A DNA stretch of 63,599 nt, filler included, from Octopus bimaculoides (lineage: Eukaryota): assembly GCF_001194135.2 (NCBI RefSeq). It is 5 parts of 4 records of this genome, joined end to end, with 100 filler letters (N's around TTAATTAATTAA, not from the genome) between each part and the next. Parts side by side here need not be neighbours in the genome. Positions count along the whole stretch, not along the records: positions 27,548 to 41,350 come from NC_069009.1; positions 41,451 to 62,107 come from NC_068984.1; 3 more parts are not named here. One strand, 5' to 3'. Position 1 is the first letter of the stretch. Each line of letters starts with the position of its first letter. Both the position numbers and the translations under genes were made by a program. Shown here piece after piece: positions 36,691-48,299 of the stretch. The notes below the pieces were generated by a model. It saw only the letters and a program-made list of their open reading frames with translations. It was not told the DNA's origin and made no database searches.

Positions 36691-36829
36691 GCAATGGCTG
36701 TTCTGATACACTACTTCATTTTGACATCTCTTATGTGGAAGGTTGTAGAAGCATTTCATATTTATCTAGATGTCGTTCGTAAAACATATCAGACGTCTTC
36801 TGTGAAGAGGAGTTCAATTTTGGCCTGGG
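36691..36829 (+). CDS. aGPCR TM3 exon: AMAVLIHYFILTSLMWKVVEAFHIYLDVVRKTYQTSSVKRSSILAW
   Basis: gtttgtgtag acceptor and TGGG|gtacgc donor; HYF.L....W...EA.H.Y motif. Confidence 0.95.
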
Positions 36830-37249
36830 GTACGCATAACAGTTTTCTGTCATTCTGTTAATGATTTCATTTCTCTCTCTCCCTCTCTCTCTCTCTCTAA
36901 CATACACATTCTTTCTCTTTCTTCTATTGGTGAGATGTGAAAGTAGCTGAAGCGAGATGTAAATATGGGGATACAAAAGTGGATGAAATATAACGTAATA
37001 TAACATATGATAAACTTAAAGAAAAATATTCTCAGAATTAACCATAACATCAACCTGAAATTATTTTCATTTTTATGCAAATAGTTTCAGCTTGATCACA
37101 TCGCTAGACGAAACCATTTCGCACAAAGTAATACAGCGGATGTGGGCAAATATATGACGATATTTATGTTTCTTTGTTGAAGAACAACTTGATGTATTGG
37201 TGAACAGTCAACAGCGTTGGAGAGCATAAAGTTTAAGTTTGTAGTTGAG

Positions 37250-37735
37250 AAAAAGTTAACTGACATGTCAAACTGGAAACCGTCTGAATATTTGGAAAGA
37301 GTTACCTATTTTGTGATGACTCGCGCCAGGTATCATAATGCAGATGTCATGACTGTTGTTCAATGCCTTTTAACACGATGAAGGCTGTAAGATACGACAT
37401 GGACAGCTGCAACAGAGACTGCGAAGTTGTGGCCAGCAAGAAGGGACACAGTAGGCATTGTGACTGCGTCATGCTGCACCGCATCTTTGAACTGGTTCAA
37501 TTCAGACGGGTATGTGAAGCTGTTTGGAGACTGCGGGCAAACCGTTGCTAGAAGGCCATATGTGTGCCAGGAGGATTCGACTCTTTGCTATACCTCCGGA
37601 ATGAATCAGAAGTGGCTGTCGGGGACTTTCTACACCTTCACCAGCCCCAGTTTCTGATCTCCTAATTTCCCCAAGTCTAACCCCATGGATCACTATGTGT
37701 GGAGTGCGATTGAGAAAGACAACAACCGTTCTACT
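37250..37735 (+). pseudogene. Internally deleted maT (DD37D-like) Tc1/mariner remnant
   Basis: VVASKKGHSRHCDCV; NSDGYVKL...RPYVCQEDS...QKWLS..FYTFTSP; NPMDHYVWSAIEKD. Confidence 0.75.
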
Positions 37736-37800
37736 TATGATTGTAAATTTTCATTGATATCTACATATGTTTTATTCATTTCTGTATATATCGTTGTCAG

Positions 37801-37873
37801 GTCTTCCAGCTGTCATTGTCATAATTACTCTGGCAACTAACGACACAAACAATTACATCAGAATTGGACAATT
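37801..37873 (+). CDS. aGPCR TM4 exon: GLPAVIVIITLATNDTNNYIRIGQ
   Basis: cgttgtcag acceptor and TT|gtaagt donor; completes the WG.P motif. Confidence 0.93.
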
Positions 37874-39113
37874 GTAAGTATTTATGTGTTTTGTTGCCCT
37901 AATTTTATCTAGTCTTCACGACAGAGTAATGGTTTCAAATTTCAGCACAAGCAGAGTAGTTTCGGTGGAGGAAAGTAGTCGCTTACATCGACCTCAATGC
38001 TGAACTGGTACTTATTTTATCGAAACTGGATTATGTGGCAAACTGGATGAGAGTGGCAAGGAATAGTATCTGGGAAATAAAAACTCTAAAAAGGTCTGTG
38101 TTTAGAAGAAAGGACAATAAATAGAATAACAAATTAACAGATTGGACACCATGTTCAGAAAAACAAAAGGCTTTGTTAAATTCTTCAGCACCTGAACATG
38201 GATGAAGAAAATATCTGACCATGGTTGGTGGATCGAACATACTGCGTCATTCGTCCATGTGCAAAGATGATATTATATATATATATATATATATATNNNN
38301 NNNNNNNNNNNNNNNNNNNNNNNNNNNNNNNNNNNNNNNNNNNNNNNNNNNNNNNNNNNNNNNNNNNNNNNNNNNNNNNNNNNNNNNNNNNNNNNNNNNN
38401 NNNNNNNNNNNNNNNNNNNNNNNNNNNNNNNNNNNNNNNNNNNNNNNNNNNNNNNNNNNNNNNNNNNNNNNNNNNNNNNNNNNNNNNNNNNNNNNNNNNN
38501 NNNNNNNNNNNNNNNNNNNNNNNNNNNNNNNNNNNNNNNNNNNNNNNNNNNNNNNNNNNNNNNNNNNNNNNNNNNNNNNNNNNNNNNNNNNNNNNNNNNN
38601 NNNNNNNNNNNNNNNNNNNNNNNNNNNNNNNNNNNNNNNNNNNNNNNNNNNNNNNNNNNNNNNNNNNNNNNNNNNNNNNNNNNNNNNNNNNNNNNNNNNN
38701 NNNNNNNNNNNNNNNNNNNNNNNNNNNNNNNNNNNNNNNNNNNNNNNNNNNNNNNNNNNNNNNNNNNNNNNNNNNNNNNNNNNNNNNNNNNNNNNNNNNN
38801 NNNNNNNNNNNNNNNNNNNNNNNNNNNNNNNNNNNNNNNNNNNNNNNNNNNNNNNNNNNNNNNNNNNNNNNNNNNNNNNNNNNNNNNNNNNNNNNNNNAT
38901 TTTATCTTCCAATATAAAAACACTCGAAAACATGTCCAAAAATGTGTTTTCAAGTGTGTTTATATTGAAATATAGAGTTAGTTAACAATGTAAATCGTCC
39001 ATAACTCACTGCAACTATAAGGATACCATGTCGTTTCCTTCTGGATCAAAAACCCCTGACTGAACATTCAAAGGGCCTTTTTTAATTGAATTTCTTTTTT
39101 TTTTTTTTTGCAG

Positions 39114-39505
39114 CTGCTGGTTACCCAACTCATACTTCTACGGTGCCTTCCTGGGTCCCGTGATGATCATTCTTACCTTCAACATCACCATGTTTTTTCT
39201 CGTTATGTACCGTCTCATCTCAAAGTCAAACGACAAGAAATTTGAACACGCATCAAACAAAGCACGTATTTTTGGCATGGCTGGTTCGTGTCTCCTACTT
39301 GGGGTGCCGTGTATCTTAGCATTCCTCTTATTTGACAAAACAACCAAACTCATTATTACCCTCTTGGCAATTTTCAGTGTCCTTCAAGGACTCTTTATCT
39401 TCATATTCTACTGTATATGCAAAAAGGATGCCAGACATGTCGTCTGCCTGTGTTTATGCAAACGAAACAAAGTACATCTGAGCCAAGCTCCGAAGGATAT
39501 AAGAA
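39114..39505 (+). CDS. aGPCR TM5-TM7 and helix 8 exon: CWLPNSYFYGAFLGPVMIILTFN...LLGVPCILAF...SVLQGLFIFIFYCICKK...APKDIR
   Basis: (t)n-gcag acceptor and AGAA|gtaagt donor; CWL, P......N and LQG.FIF motifs; Cys-rich juxtamembrane tail. Confidence 0.96.
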
Positions 39506-39855
39506 GTAAGTGCAATTTGGTCTCTCTTGTCCTTGCCACCCTCAAAAACAATATTGTCGTGATGGGGGATAAACGCAAACATCGCTTCTGTCAGCACCAC
39601 CACTATCAACATCACCATTCTCAGGACGGACGGACAGACATCGTCACATATACCAATTCAACTGTGGTTGTTGCCGTTATCGTTATCATCATCATCATCA
39701 TCTGTATATGTATGTATAGATATATATATATATATATATGCTTATATGTAATATATATCTGTATATAAAATATGCATATGTATGTATAGATAGATATGCA
39801 TATTTTATATACAGATATATATTACATATAAGCATATATACATATATATACATAA

Positions 39856-40224
39856 GGAGCACTCCATTGGTTACGACGTGGGTTCCAGTTGTTCCGATCA
39901 ACGGAACAGCCTGCTCGGGAAATTAACGTGCAAGTGGCTGAGCACTCCACAGACACGTGTACCCTTAACGTAGTTCTCGGGGATATTCAGCGTGACACAA
40001 GGCTGGCCCTTTGAATTACAAGCACAACAGAAACAGGAAGTAAGAGTGAGAGAAAGCTGTGGTGGAAGAGTACAGCAGGGTTCGCCACCATCCCCTGCCG
40101 GAGCCTCGTGGAGCTTTTAGGTGTTTTCGCTCAATAAACACTCACAACGCCCGGTCTGGGAATCGAAACCGCGATCCTATCACCGCGAGTCCGCTGCCCT
40201 AACCACTGGGCCATTGCGCCTCCA
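39856..40224 (-). mobile_element. SINE S2, full length, in the last aGPCR intron
   Basis: Reverse complement of 32946-33326, including an identical stretch of roughly 95 nt. Confidence 0.9.
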
Positions 40225-40444
40225 CTCTTTACGACATAGTCCCGATAATTAATTCCTCAACCTCTCACAGCTTATGTAACAACTAAATTGTGTTGTTCAA
40301 CCATGCTTCTTCTTCATGTAACATCTTTTCACAAATGGCGAAGCAGCAGACGACAATTGTAGCTACATATATAAAATATAAGGGCCAGGGAATATTGAGT
40401 CAAAGCTTATTATTTTATATATAATTTCCACATTATGTTTCCAG

Positions 40445-40497
40445 GTTCAAGCTCCGGTAATGTAGCAGAAAGAAAAACAGAAGAAGCAAACTTATAA
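40445..40497 (+). CDS. aGPCR last coding exon: SSSSGNVAERKTEEANL*
   Basis: tatgtttccag acceptor; phase 1 matches the previous donor; ends in TAA. Confidence 0.8.
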
Positions 40498-40823
40498 ATG
40501 AAAATCAAAATATTTGCCTTCAAAAGTCACCTTTAACCGATTCATGCCGATCGTCTGTTTAAACTGACGCTTGATTTATAAGAGTATAAAACAAATGCTT
40601 GATACAAATTGTCATTTGTGTATGATCTGTATCAAAGAATGAAACGTGTTCTTAACGAGTATGCAGTCTGTATCAAACGGATTTCAATGAAATTTTTTTT
40701 CAGTTGTTATTTAGGTCAAAATAATAGTATCTGTGAATTTTCAGGCAATTTCATTCACTGAAAAAATTTCAGCACGAATGAGTCAATCATACGTTAAAAG
40801 GCTAAATTTACTTCTTATATCAC

Positions 40824-40910
40824 AATAAAGATCTTTCACTATAACGTAGCTTTATTTTTACCAATCAATACAACACTATTCAACTAAAAGAATACTTAAT
40901 CCACAATAAA
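40824..40910 (+). terminator. Candidate polyadenylation signals of the aGPCR (AATAAA at 40824-40829 and 40905-40910)
   Basis: Two AATAAA hexamers 330-410 nt after the stop codon. The motif is also common by chance in AT-rich DNA. Confidence 0.35.
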
Positions 40911-41014
40911 GAAATTCTAAACAAAGTCAAGTGCATGACTATTGACTGATATTTTCTAGCCGCCAATTTCACCATATATTTTCTCAGTGTAATCTTTAAC
41001 TTTGTTCTATAATG

Positions 41015-41311
41015 CAGGGGTTTTCAAACTGTGGTCCGCGGACCACAGGGGGTCCGCAAGGACAAGACAGGGGGTCCGTGGACAGCAAATACTTTTTATG
41101 GGCAATTTGATTTTATATATGCTTTTTAATCGAAATCTTTTCATTGACAAGAAACCTATTTGTTAAATACTGTTAAATAAATAAATGCAAAAATATATGT
41201 TATTTTAAGCAAATATTTATGTATAAATTTCATAAGCGTTTATAAGGGGGTCCCTAAGGTAAAGCCTGAAATATAAAGGGGTCCGCAAGTCAAAAAGTTT
41301 GAAAACCCCTG
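41015..41311. mobile_element. hAT MITE family A with a perfect 8-bp TSD
   Basis: TIRs caggggttttcaaact / agtttgaaaacccctg; TSD ctataatg at 41007-41014 and 41312-41319. Confidence 0.95.
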
Positions 41312-41934
41312 CTATAATGGACTAAATTGCTTTGATACTACAATCTATTCNNNNNNNNNNNNNNNNNNNNNNNNNNNNNNNNNNNNNNNNNNNNTTAATT
41401 AATTAANNNNNNNNNNNNNNNNNNNNNNNNNNNNNNNNNNNNNNNNNNNNTTATACATATCATACATATATGTGTGCGTGTACACATACACACACACACA
41501 AATACAAACACACACACACACACACACGACTGTATTTGTTGTACAGCATTCCTGATGTGAAATCGTGTGTTGAAACAGATATTGTTATACTTAGGGATGG
41601 TCGTATTTTGCCAATTAAACACACGCACTATGTATTTGCTATTCACTTCAGCTTTATTATCATTATTGTAGTTTCTTAAAGCTCTTCCGTCACACACTCC
41701 GTGACCTCGTATATATATATATATATATATATATATACGGTGCCTAGTGCAGCCACTGGTTCTCCAGACCCCAGTCACACCGTCCAACCCATGCCAGCAT
41801 AGAAAACGGAGGTTAATCGATGATGATGATGATGATGATATACACGTTCCCTTCCGGTTATTTTAAAATGTAACCACATGTGAATCGTTGGCGATGTTTT
41901 TTCCTCCGTCTTCCTTTTCTATTGGATTCTCCTT

Positions 41935-41967
41935 TTTCTGAAGAAGAGCTTTGCTCGAAACGTAAAA
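41935..41967 (+). ncRNA. Minimal hammerhead motif with canonical core
   Basis: UUU-CUGAAGA-A-GAGC(UUU)GCUC-GAA-ACGU-A-AAA; stem I is only 3 A-U pairs and the motif is next to a gap. Confidence 0.65.
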
Positions 41968-44900
41968 CCACCTTTNNNNNNNNNNNNNNNNNNNNNNNNN
42001 NNNNNNNNNNNNNNNNNNNNNNNNNNNNNNNNNNNNNNNNNNNNNNNNNNNNNNNNNNNNNNNNNNNNNNNNNNNNNNNNNNNNNNNNNNNNNNNNNNNN
42101 NNNNNNNNNNNNNNNNNNNNNNNNNNNNNNNNNNNNNNNNNNNNNNNNNNNNNNNNNNNNNNNNNNNNNNNNNNNNNNNNNNNNNNNNNNNNNNNNNNNN
42201 NNNNNNNNNNNNNNNNNNNNNNNNNNNNNNNNNNNNNNNNNNNNNNNNNNNNNNNNNNNNNNNNNNNNNNNNNNNNNNNNNNNNNNNNNNNNNNNNNNNN
42301 NNNNNNNNNNNNNNNNNNNNNNNNNNNNNNNNNNNNNNNNNNNNNNNNNNNNNNNNNNNNNNNNNNNNNNNNNNNNNNNNNNNNNNNNNNNNNNNNNNNN
42401 NNNNNNNNNNNNNNNNNNNNNNNNNNNNNNNNNNNNNNNNNNNNNNNNNNNNNNNNNNNNNNNNNNNNNNNNNNNNNNNNNNNNNNNNNNNNNNNNNNNN
42501 NNNNNNNNNNNNNNNNNNNNNNNNNNNNNNNNNNNNNNNNNNNNNNNNNNNNNNNNNNNNNNNNNNNNNNNNNNNNNNNNNNNNNNNNNNNNNNNNNNNN
42601 NNNNNNNNNNNNNNNNNNNNNNNNNNNNNNNNNNNNNNNNNNNNNNNNNNNNNNNNNNNNNNNNNNNNNNATTGCTTGTTAACTGATAGGCCAGACAATC
42701 GAATTAGTCTTTTTTTTAATAATACAAATCGTATTAGACTGGTTTGAATCTCTCTACATAATTCTCTGTCTCATTTGGCTTGCGGAGAGGATCGTCTGAA
42801 AATGATTAAAAACCGAACGTAACGCCAAGAAAGAGTACAGCTACTTACCAACACAATAAAATATGATAAACACCTAAAGCTCCACGAGGCTCAAACATGG
42901 GGTGGTGGAGAACCCTGCTGTACTCTTTCACCACAACTTTCTCTCATTCTTTCTTCCTGTTTCTGTTGTGCCTGTATTTCAAAGGGGCCAGCCTTGTCAT
43001 ACAGTGTCACGCTGAAACTCCCTGAGAACTACGTTAAGGGTACACGTGTCTCAAGAGTGGTCAACCACTTACACGTTAATTTCACGAGCAGGCTGTTCCG
43101 TTGATTGGATCAATTGGAACCCTCGCAATCGTAACCGACGGATTGCCATTGTCTATCTCTCTTTTCACTCCAGCCACTATGAAGGCGAGACGAACTGTTT
43201 TTTCTTCGTCCAGCTTCGAATTTTCACAGGCGTTCAATATCAGATTCGCGTTTGGCCGTACGGCTTTTTAATGTTCTTTTCACAATCCATTTTTTCCTGT
43301 CTTGGTTTGTGTTTGCTACCTTGGAATTCTCTGTTTAGTGGGTTGATCCACTACTCAGGAAGAAACTATTCTAAGAGTGCGTCCTGCCTTATCTTCGAAA
43401 CTCCTAGTTTAGAATAGAGGCAGCTGATGAAGAATTAATCCAAGTGGCTATTTGTTTTTCTATGTGTTCGTTCCGTTGTCTGTGGATTCATTTTTCTAAC
43501 GTCCAGAACCCGAATATGCATCTATATACACATGTAGATGTAAGTATGTACATTCTTATATATCCATTGTATTATATATATATATATCGCGGTTTCGATT
43601 CCCAGACCGGGCGTTGTGAGTGTTTATTGAGCGAAAACACCTAAGCTCCACGAGGCTCCGGCAGGGGGTGGTGGCGACCTCTGTTGTACTCTTTCGCCTC
43701 AACTTTCTCTCATTCTTTCTTCCTATTTCTTGAGTAACGCTGCGATGGACTGGCGTCCCGTCCAGCGGGGGGAACACATACGCCATAGAAACCGGGCCCA
43801 TGAGCCTGGCTAGGCTTTGAAAGGGCGACGTTATACGTTACGTTGGCAAACAGATTTTACTGTATATATATAGCGGTATTTCGTCTGTCGCTACGTTCTG
43901 AGTTCAAATTCCGCCAGTTGCGTACTGGGGGTCGATCTAATCGACTGGCCCCCTCCCCAGAAATTTCGAGCCTTGTGCCTAGAGTAGAAAATGATATTGT
44001 TTTAATCTTAGGTGAATATTGATTCACTATATTTATGATTCAAATGTTTTGGGGCATACACACCCCATCGTTTATTCCGACATATTTCTATCTCGGACTA
44101 CATTATTCATTGTATCTTCTTTAAACAGTAAAAGAAAGAAAAAAGAAAAACTGTATGAGGGTGGTTTGTCTATTATTTCTTAGACGTTGCAGGCGACCAC
44201 CCAGGGCTGGGTGGTGATATTCCTTGATGGTAGTTTGGGTGGATTAAATTCTTCTAGTTGAAACTTCGCTCCTTCGTGGGAGACCAATTGTTTCATTTTA
44301 TTGGAGAGATTTAAGACAGAATATGTTATACATACATAAGCACACACACACTTATATATCTGTGTATGTATGTATGTATGTATGTATACATGTATGTGTA
44401 TTGAATAAATTATTGGGATTGTATAAACAGGACAGACATTTACGACTTTTTGATGTGTCTAATAAATTGAAATCATTTATAAGAGTAGAGACGACCAAAA
44501 AGTAAGGAATTACCCCCAGGATTAAGTTTAGTTTGAAAAACATGCATTGCTGACACGTTAATTATTTATTTACCAAAATTAACAACCAACAAACAATGTG
44601 TCACATATAAAGATCACTCCATCTGATTTTATTATATTCTGAAAACAATGGTTTTATATAATTTCACAGTGGTCAGTGAAGCACAATTAATTATGAAAAT
44701 GTAATAGCATTTGAATCTTTCCCTGTTCACAGTAAGATTGCATGAATACGACAGCTGTTTATGACTAAATTTAATTAATTGATAATTACAGTGACGACTG
44801 GAATCTATAGCTCTACTTTATTGTAAAGTTTAGTGAACTCATGCACCTATCTACATGCACACATACATACATCCTTACCTACCTATCTACCTACCTACCT

Positions 44901-45007
44901 ACCTACCTACCTACCTACCTACCTACCTACCTATCTACCTACCTACCTACCTACATACATACATATATACATGTATGCAAGCATGTATATACACACAAGG
45001 TGCTATA

Positions 45008-45040
<33 letters not shown>

Positions 45041-45339
45041 GTATGTGTGTGTGTTGTGTGTATGTGTGTGTGTGTGTGTTGACCCTCCGCAAAATCCCAA
45101 ATTTTATTTAATTTGCTTTATAGGAGCAACTGTTTTATCGAAAGCGTCTATTGTTGTTAAATGCTCGAAATACGAGAGTAGAAAAACAGCCAACAACTGA
45201 TGAAGGGTCGTTTCTTATGTTGTTTGTCTTGTTTGTTTTCCATTTGTGTCTTTCGTTGTTCGAAAAAATAGTTCATATTCCATGTACTCGTGCTTCGTAT
45301 TTTCTTGTTGTACACGTTTCGTGACGTCCTGTGCCCACA

Positions 45340-45397
<58 letters not shown>

Positions 45398-45443
45398 AAT
45401 ATATATCTGTCTATATGTATTTGTGTGTGTGTATGCATACATA

Positions 45444-45588
<145 letters not shown>

Positions 45589-46939
45589 GTATGTATATAT
45601 ATGTATGTATATATGTATGTGTGTGGGTATAGTTGCCAATTGTGGAACACGATTGCCACTGCATAAACCTGATGATTGCGTAACACATGAAAGCACTAGT
45701 TTATTTCAATATTGTAAAATTGTAAAGTTGTAAAAACTGCAAATAATAAAACGTGAAAATCAGACCAAGTTGGAACGTCATTGATTAATATATATATATA
45801 TATANNNNNNNNNNNNNNNNNNNNNNNNNNNNNNNNNNNNNNNNNNNNNNNNNNNNNNNNNNNNNNNNNNNNNNNNNNNNNNNNNNNNNNNNNNNNNNNN
45901 NNNNNNNNNNNNNNNNNNNNNNNNNNNNNNNNNNNNNNNNNNNNNNNNNNNNNNNNNNNNNNNNNNNNNNNNNNNNNNNNNNNNNNNNNNNNNNNNNNNN
46001 NNNNNNNNNNNNNNNNNNNNNNNNNNNNNNNNNNNNNNNNNGCTTGCTTCCCAACCACATGGTTCCGGGTTCAGTCCCACTGCGTGCCACCTTGGGCAAG
46101 TGTCTTCTACTATAACTTCGGGCCGACCAATGCCTTGTGAGTGGATTTGGTAGACGGAAACTGAAAGAAGCCCGTCGTATAGATATATGCATGCATGCAT
46201 GCATGTATGTATGTATGTATGTATGTATGTGTTTGTGTGTTTACGTTCCCGTAACTTGGCAGTTCGGCAAAAATTGACCGATAAAATAACTACTGGGCTT
46301 ACAAAGAATAAGTCCTGGGGTCGATTTGTTCGACTAGAAGGCGGTGCTCCAGCATGGCCGCAGTTAAATGACTGAAACAAGTAAAAGAATAAAAGAATAT
46401 ATATGTGTGTGTGTGAGAGAGAGAGGACATCCCAGTGTTGTCCGCATTTTGCGTGACAGTTGGTGTGCAGCTTCCTGATCGCTTCGTAATGCTAGAAATA
46501 GCAGCTAAATCTGCACCGAATCACCCTACTCGTCTTACATGAATTCAAGACACATCGGTCTAGATCATCACGATATGAATACATTTATTTATCGATCTGA
46601 TCGATGACGGTTGACCTGCATCTAAAAAACAATATAATCGATAATTAGGAAGCGTCTACGTTGTCACTCGACTTGCTATAAACAGCAGCAAAAATCTTGC
46701 CAGTCGCTTGACTTGCTAAAAATAATAGCCAAATTATGCCTAAAATCACTTCCCTCCTTATGTTTTAAAATGGAAGAAAATGTAGGGCGCAATACTAGGG
46801 TAAAGATGCAAGGTACTGCTGTACACTAGTTGTGGTAAGCTATGTCGAACCATTTTGGCCGCGGCTTGACCTACTTGACCACACACACACACAGACACAC
46901 ACACACACACAGACACACACACAGACACACACACACACA

Positions 46940-46975
<36 letters not shown>

Positions 46976-47418
46976 NNNNNNNNNNNNNNNNNNNNNNNNN
47001 NNNNNNNNNNNNNNNNNNNNNNNNNNNNNNNNNNNNNNNNNNNNNNNNNNNNNNNNNNNNNNNNNNNNNNNNNNNNNNNNNNNNNNNNNNNNNNNNNNNN
47101 NNNNNNNNNNNNNNNNNNNNNNNNNNNNNNNNNNNNNNNNNNNNNNNNNNNNNNNNNNNNNNNNNNNNNNNNNNNNNNNNNNNNNNNNNNNNNNNNNNNN
47201 NNNNNNNNNNNNNNNNNNNNNNNNNNNNNNNNNNNNNNNNNNNNNNNNNNNNNNNNNNNNNNNNNNNNNNNNNNNNNNNNNNNNNNNNNNNNNNNNNNNN
47301 NNNNNNNNNNNNNNNNNNNNNNNNNNNNNNNNNNNNNNNNNNNNNNNNNNNNNNNNNNNNNNNNNNNNNNNNNNNNNNNNNNNNNNNNNNNNNNNNNNNN
47401 NNNNNNNNNNNNNNNNNN

Positions 47419-47463
<45 letters not shown>

Positions 47464-47954
47464 AGAGTAAGAGTTAGAGTGATACAATTATTATGAAGAC
47501 GGATGATAAATCAAATATGAGAAATCAACAGCCGAGACATTTTGTGGCACACAGCGATCGTTGTGGAAGAATTATTTTTAGCCGATAACATCGACAATAA
47601 TTAATAAGACTTGTTTCCCATCGATGTTCTGTTTATCGTCACGGCATTGATAATACTAATAAGTCAGTTGAGACGTTGACATCTTTCACAGTGTTTTCTT
47701 TATATTGCGCTACATGAACAATAAAGGATTTATTTACCCCCGCGAGACCCAACTGCAGTTAAATGAAGAGGTTTTGCAGAATCTAATTAATGGCTGTTAC
47801 TGCAACAAGCAAATACTAACGGCTCAGTTTTCGGCGACGTGATATATACTCATAATAATAGTAAAAACGGGTGCAGGTGTATATGGCCGGAAGCAGGGCC
47901 CCTTTGAAAAAAAAGGTTATCTGAGAGTATTAGGTTTCTTTCAAGCGTCCTTCT

Positions 47955-48095
47955 TTCAAGCATCCTTCAAAATTACAGAACCAGGCGCGATATACTTTTG
48001 CAACGCTTCTCATAGTTTCTGACCGTGTCGATTGGCAATCTCGAAGTTCCAAATTCCTTGGGTGTCTTCTACCATAATTTCGGTAAGACTTCACG
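47955..48095 (-). pseudogene. Merlin/ISXO2-like transposase remnant
   Basis: IANRHGQKL*EALQKYIAPGSVILKDA*K resembles the DR....L...I..GS.I.SD.W motif. Confidence 0.4.
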
Positions 48096-48299
48096 TGTTG
48101 TAATTGAAATTGAATAAACGGAAACTATGTGGAATCCTATCAAATTGCCTGTACTTATTCCTAATTTGTAGACTTAGTCTGTTACTCAGTTTAACATCAC
48201 ATACCCTTCATGTGTCTTCGGTGGAGCCCATTGTTCCACCAAGTGACCCTTGCGTGCTTAAAAGCCCTTGACTCACTTTTATGGAGTTCACATTGTTCC

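Noticed and set aside
40486-40497. C-terminal ANL as a peroxisomal targeting signal
   Set aside because: A 7TM membrane protein would not use PTS1 matrix import; the match is coincidental.
43390-43505. GAAAC...CUGAUGAAG motifs (also about 45165-45205)
   Set aside because: No permutation gave compatible stems I and III with a UH triplet.
44431-44501. Isolated candidate exon DRHLRLFDVSNKLKSFIRVETTK with a gtaagg donor
   Set aside because: Weak acceptor, no compatible partner exon found and no recognisable domain.
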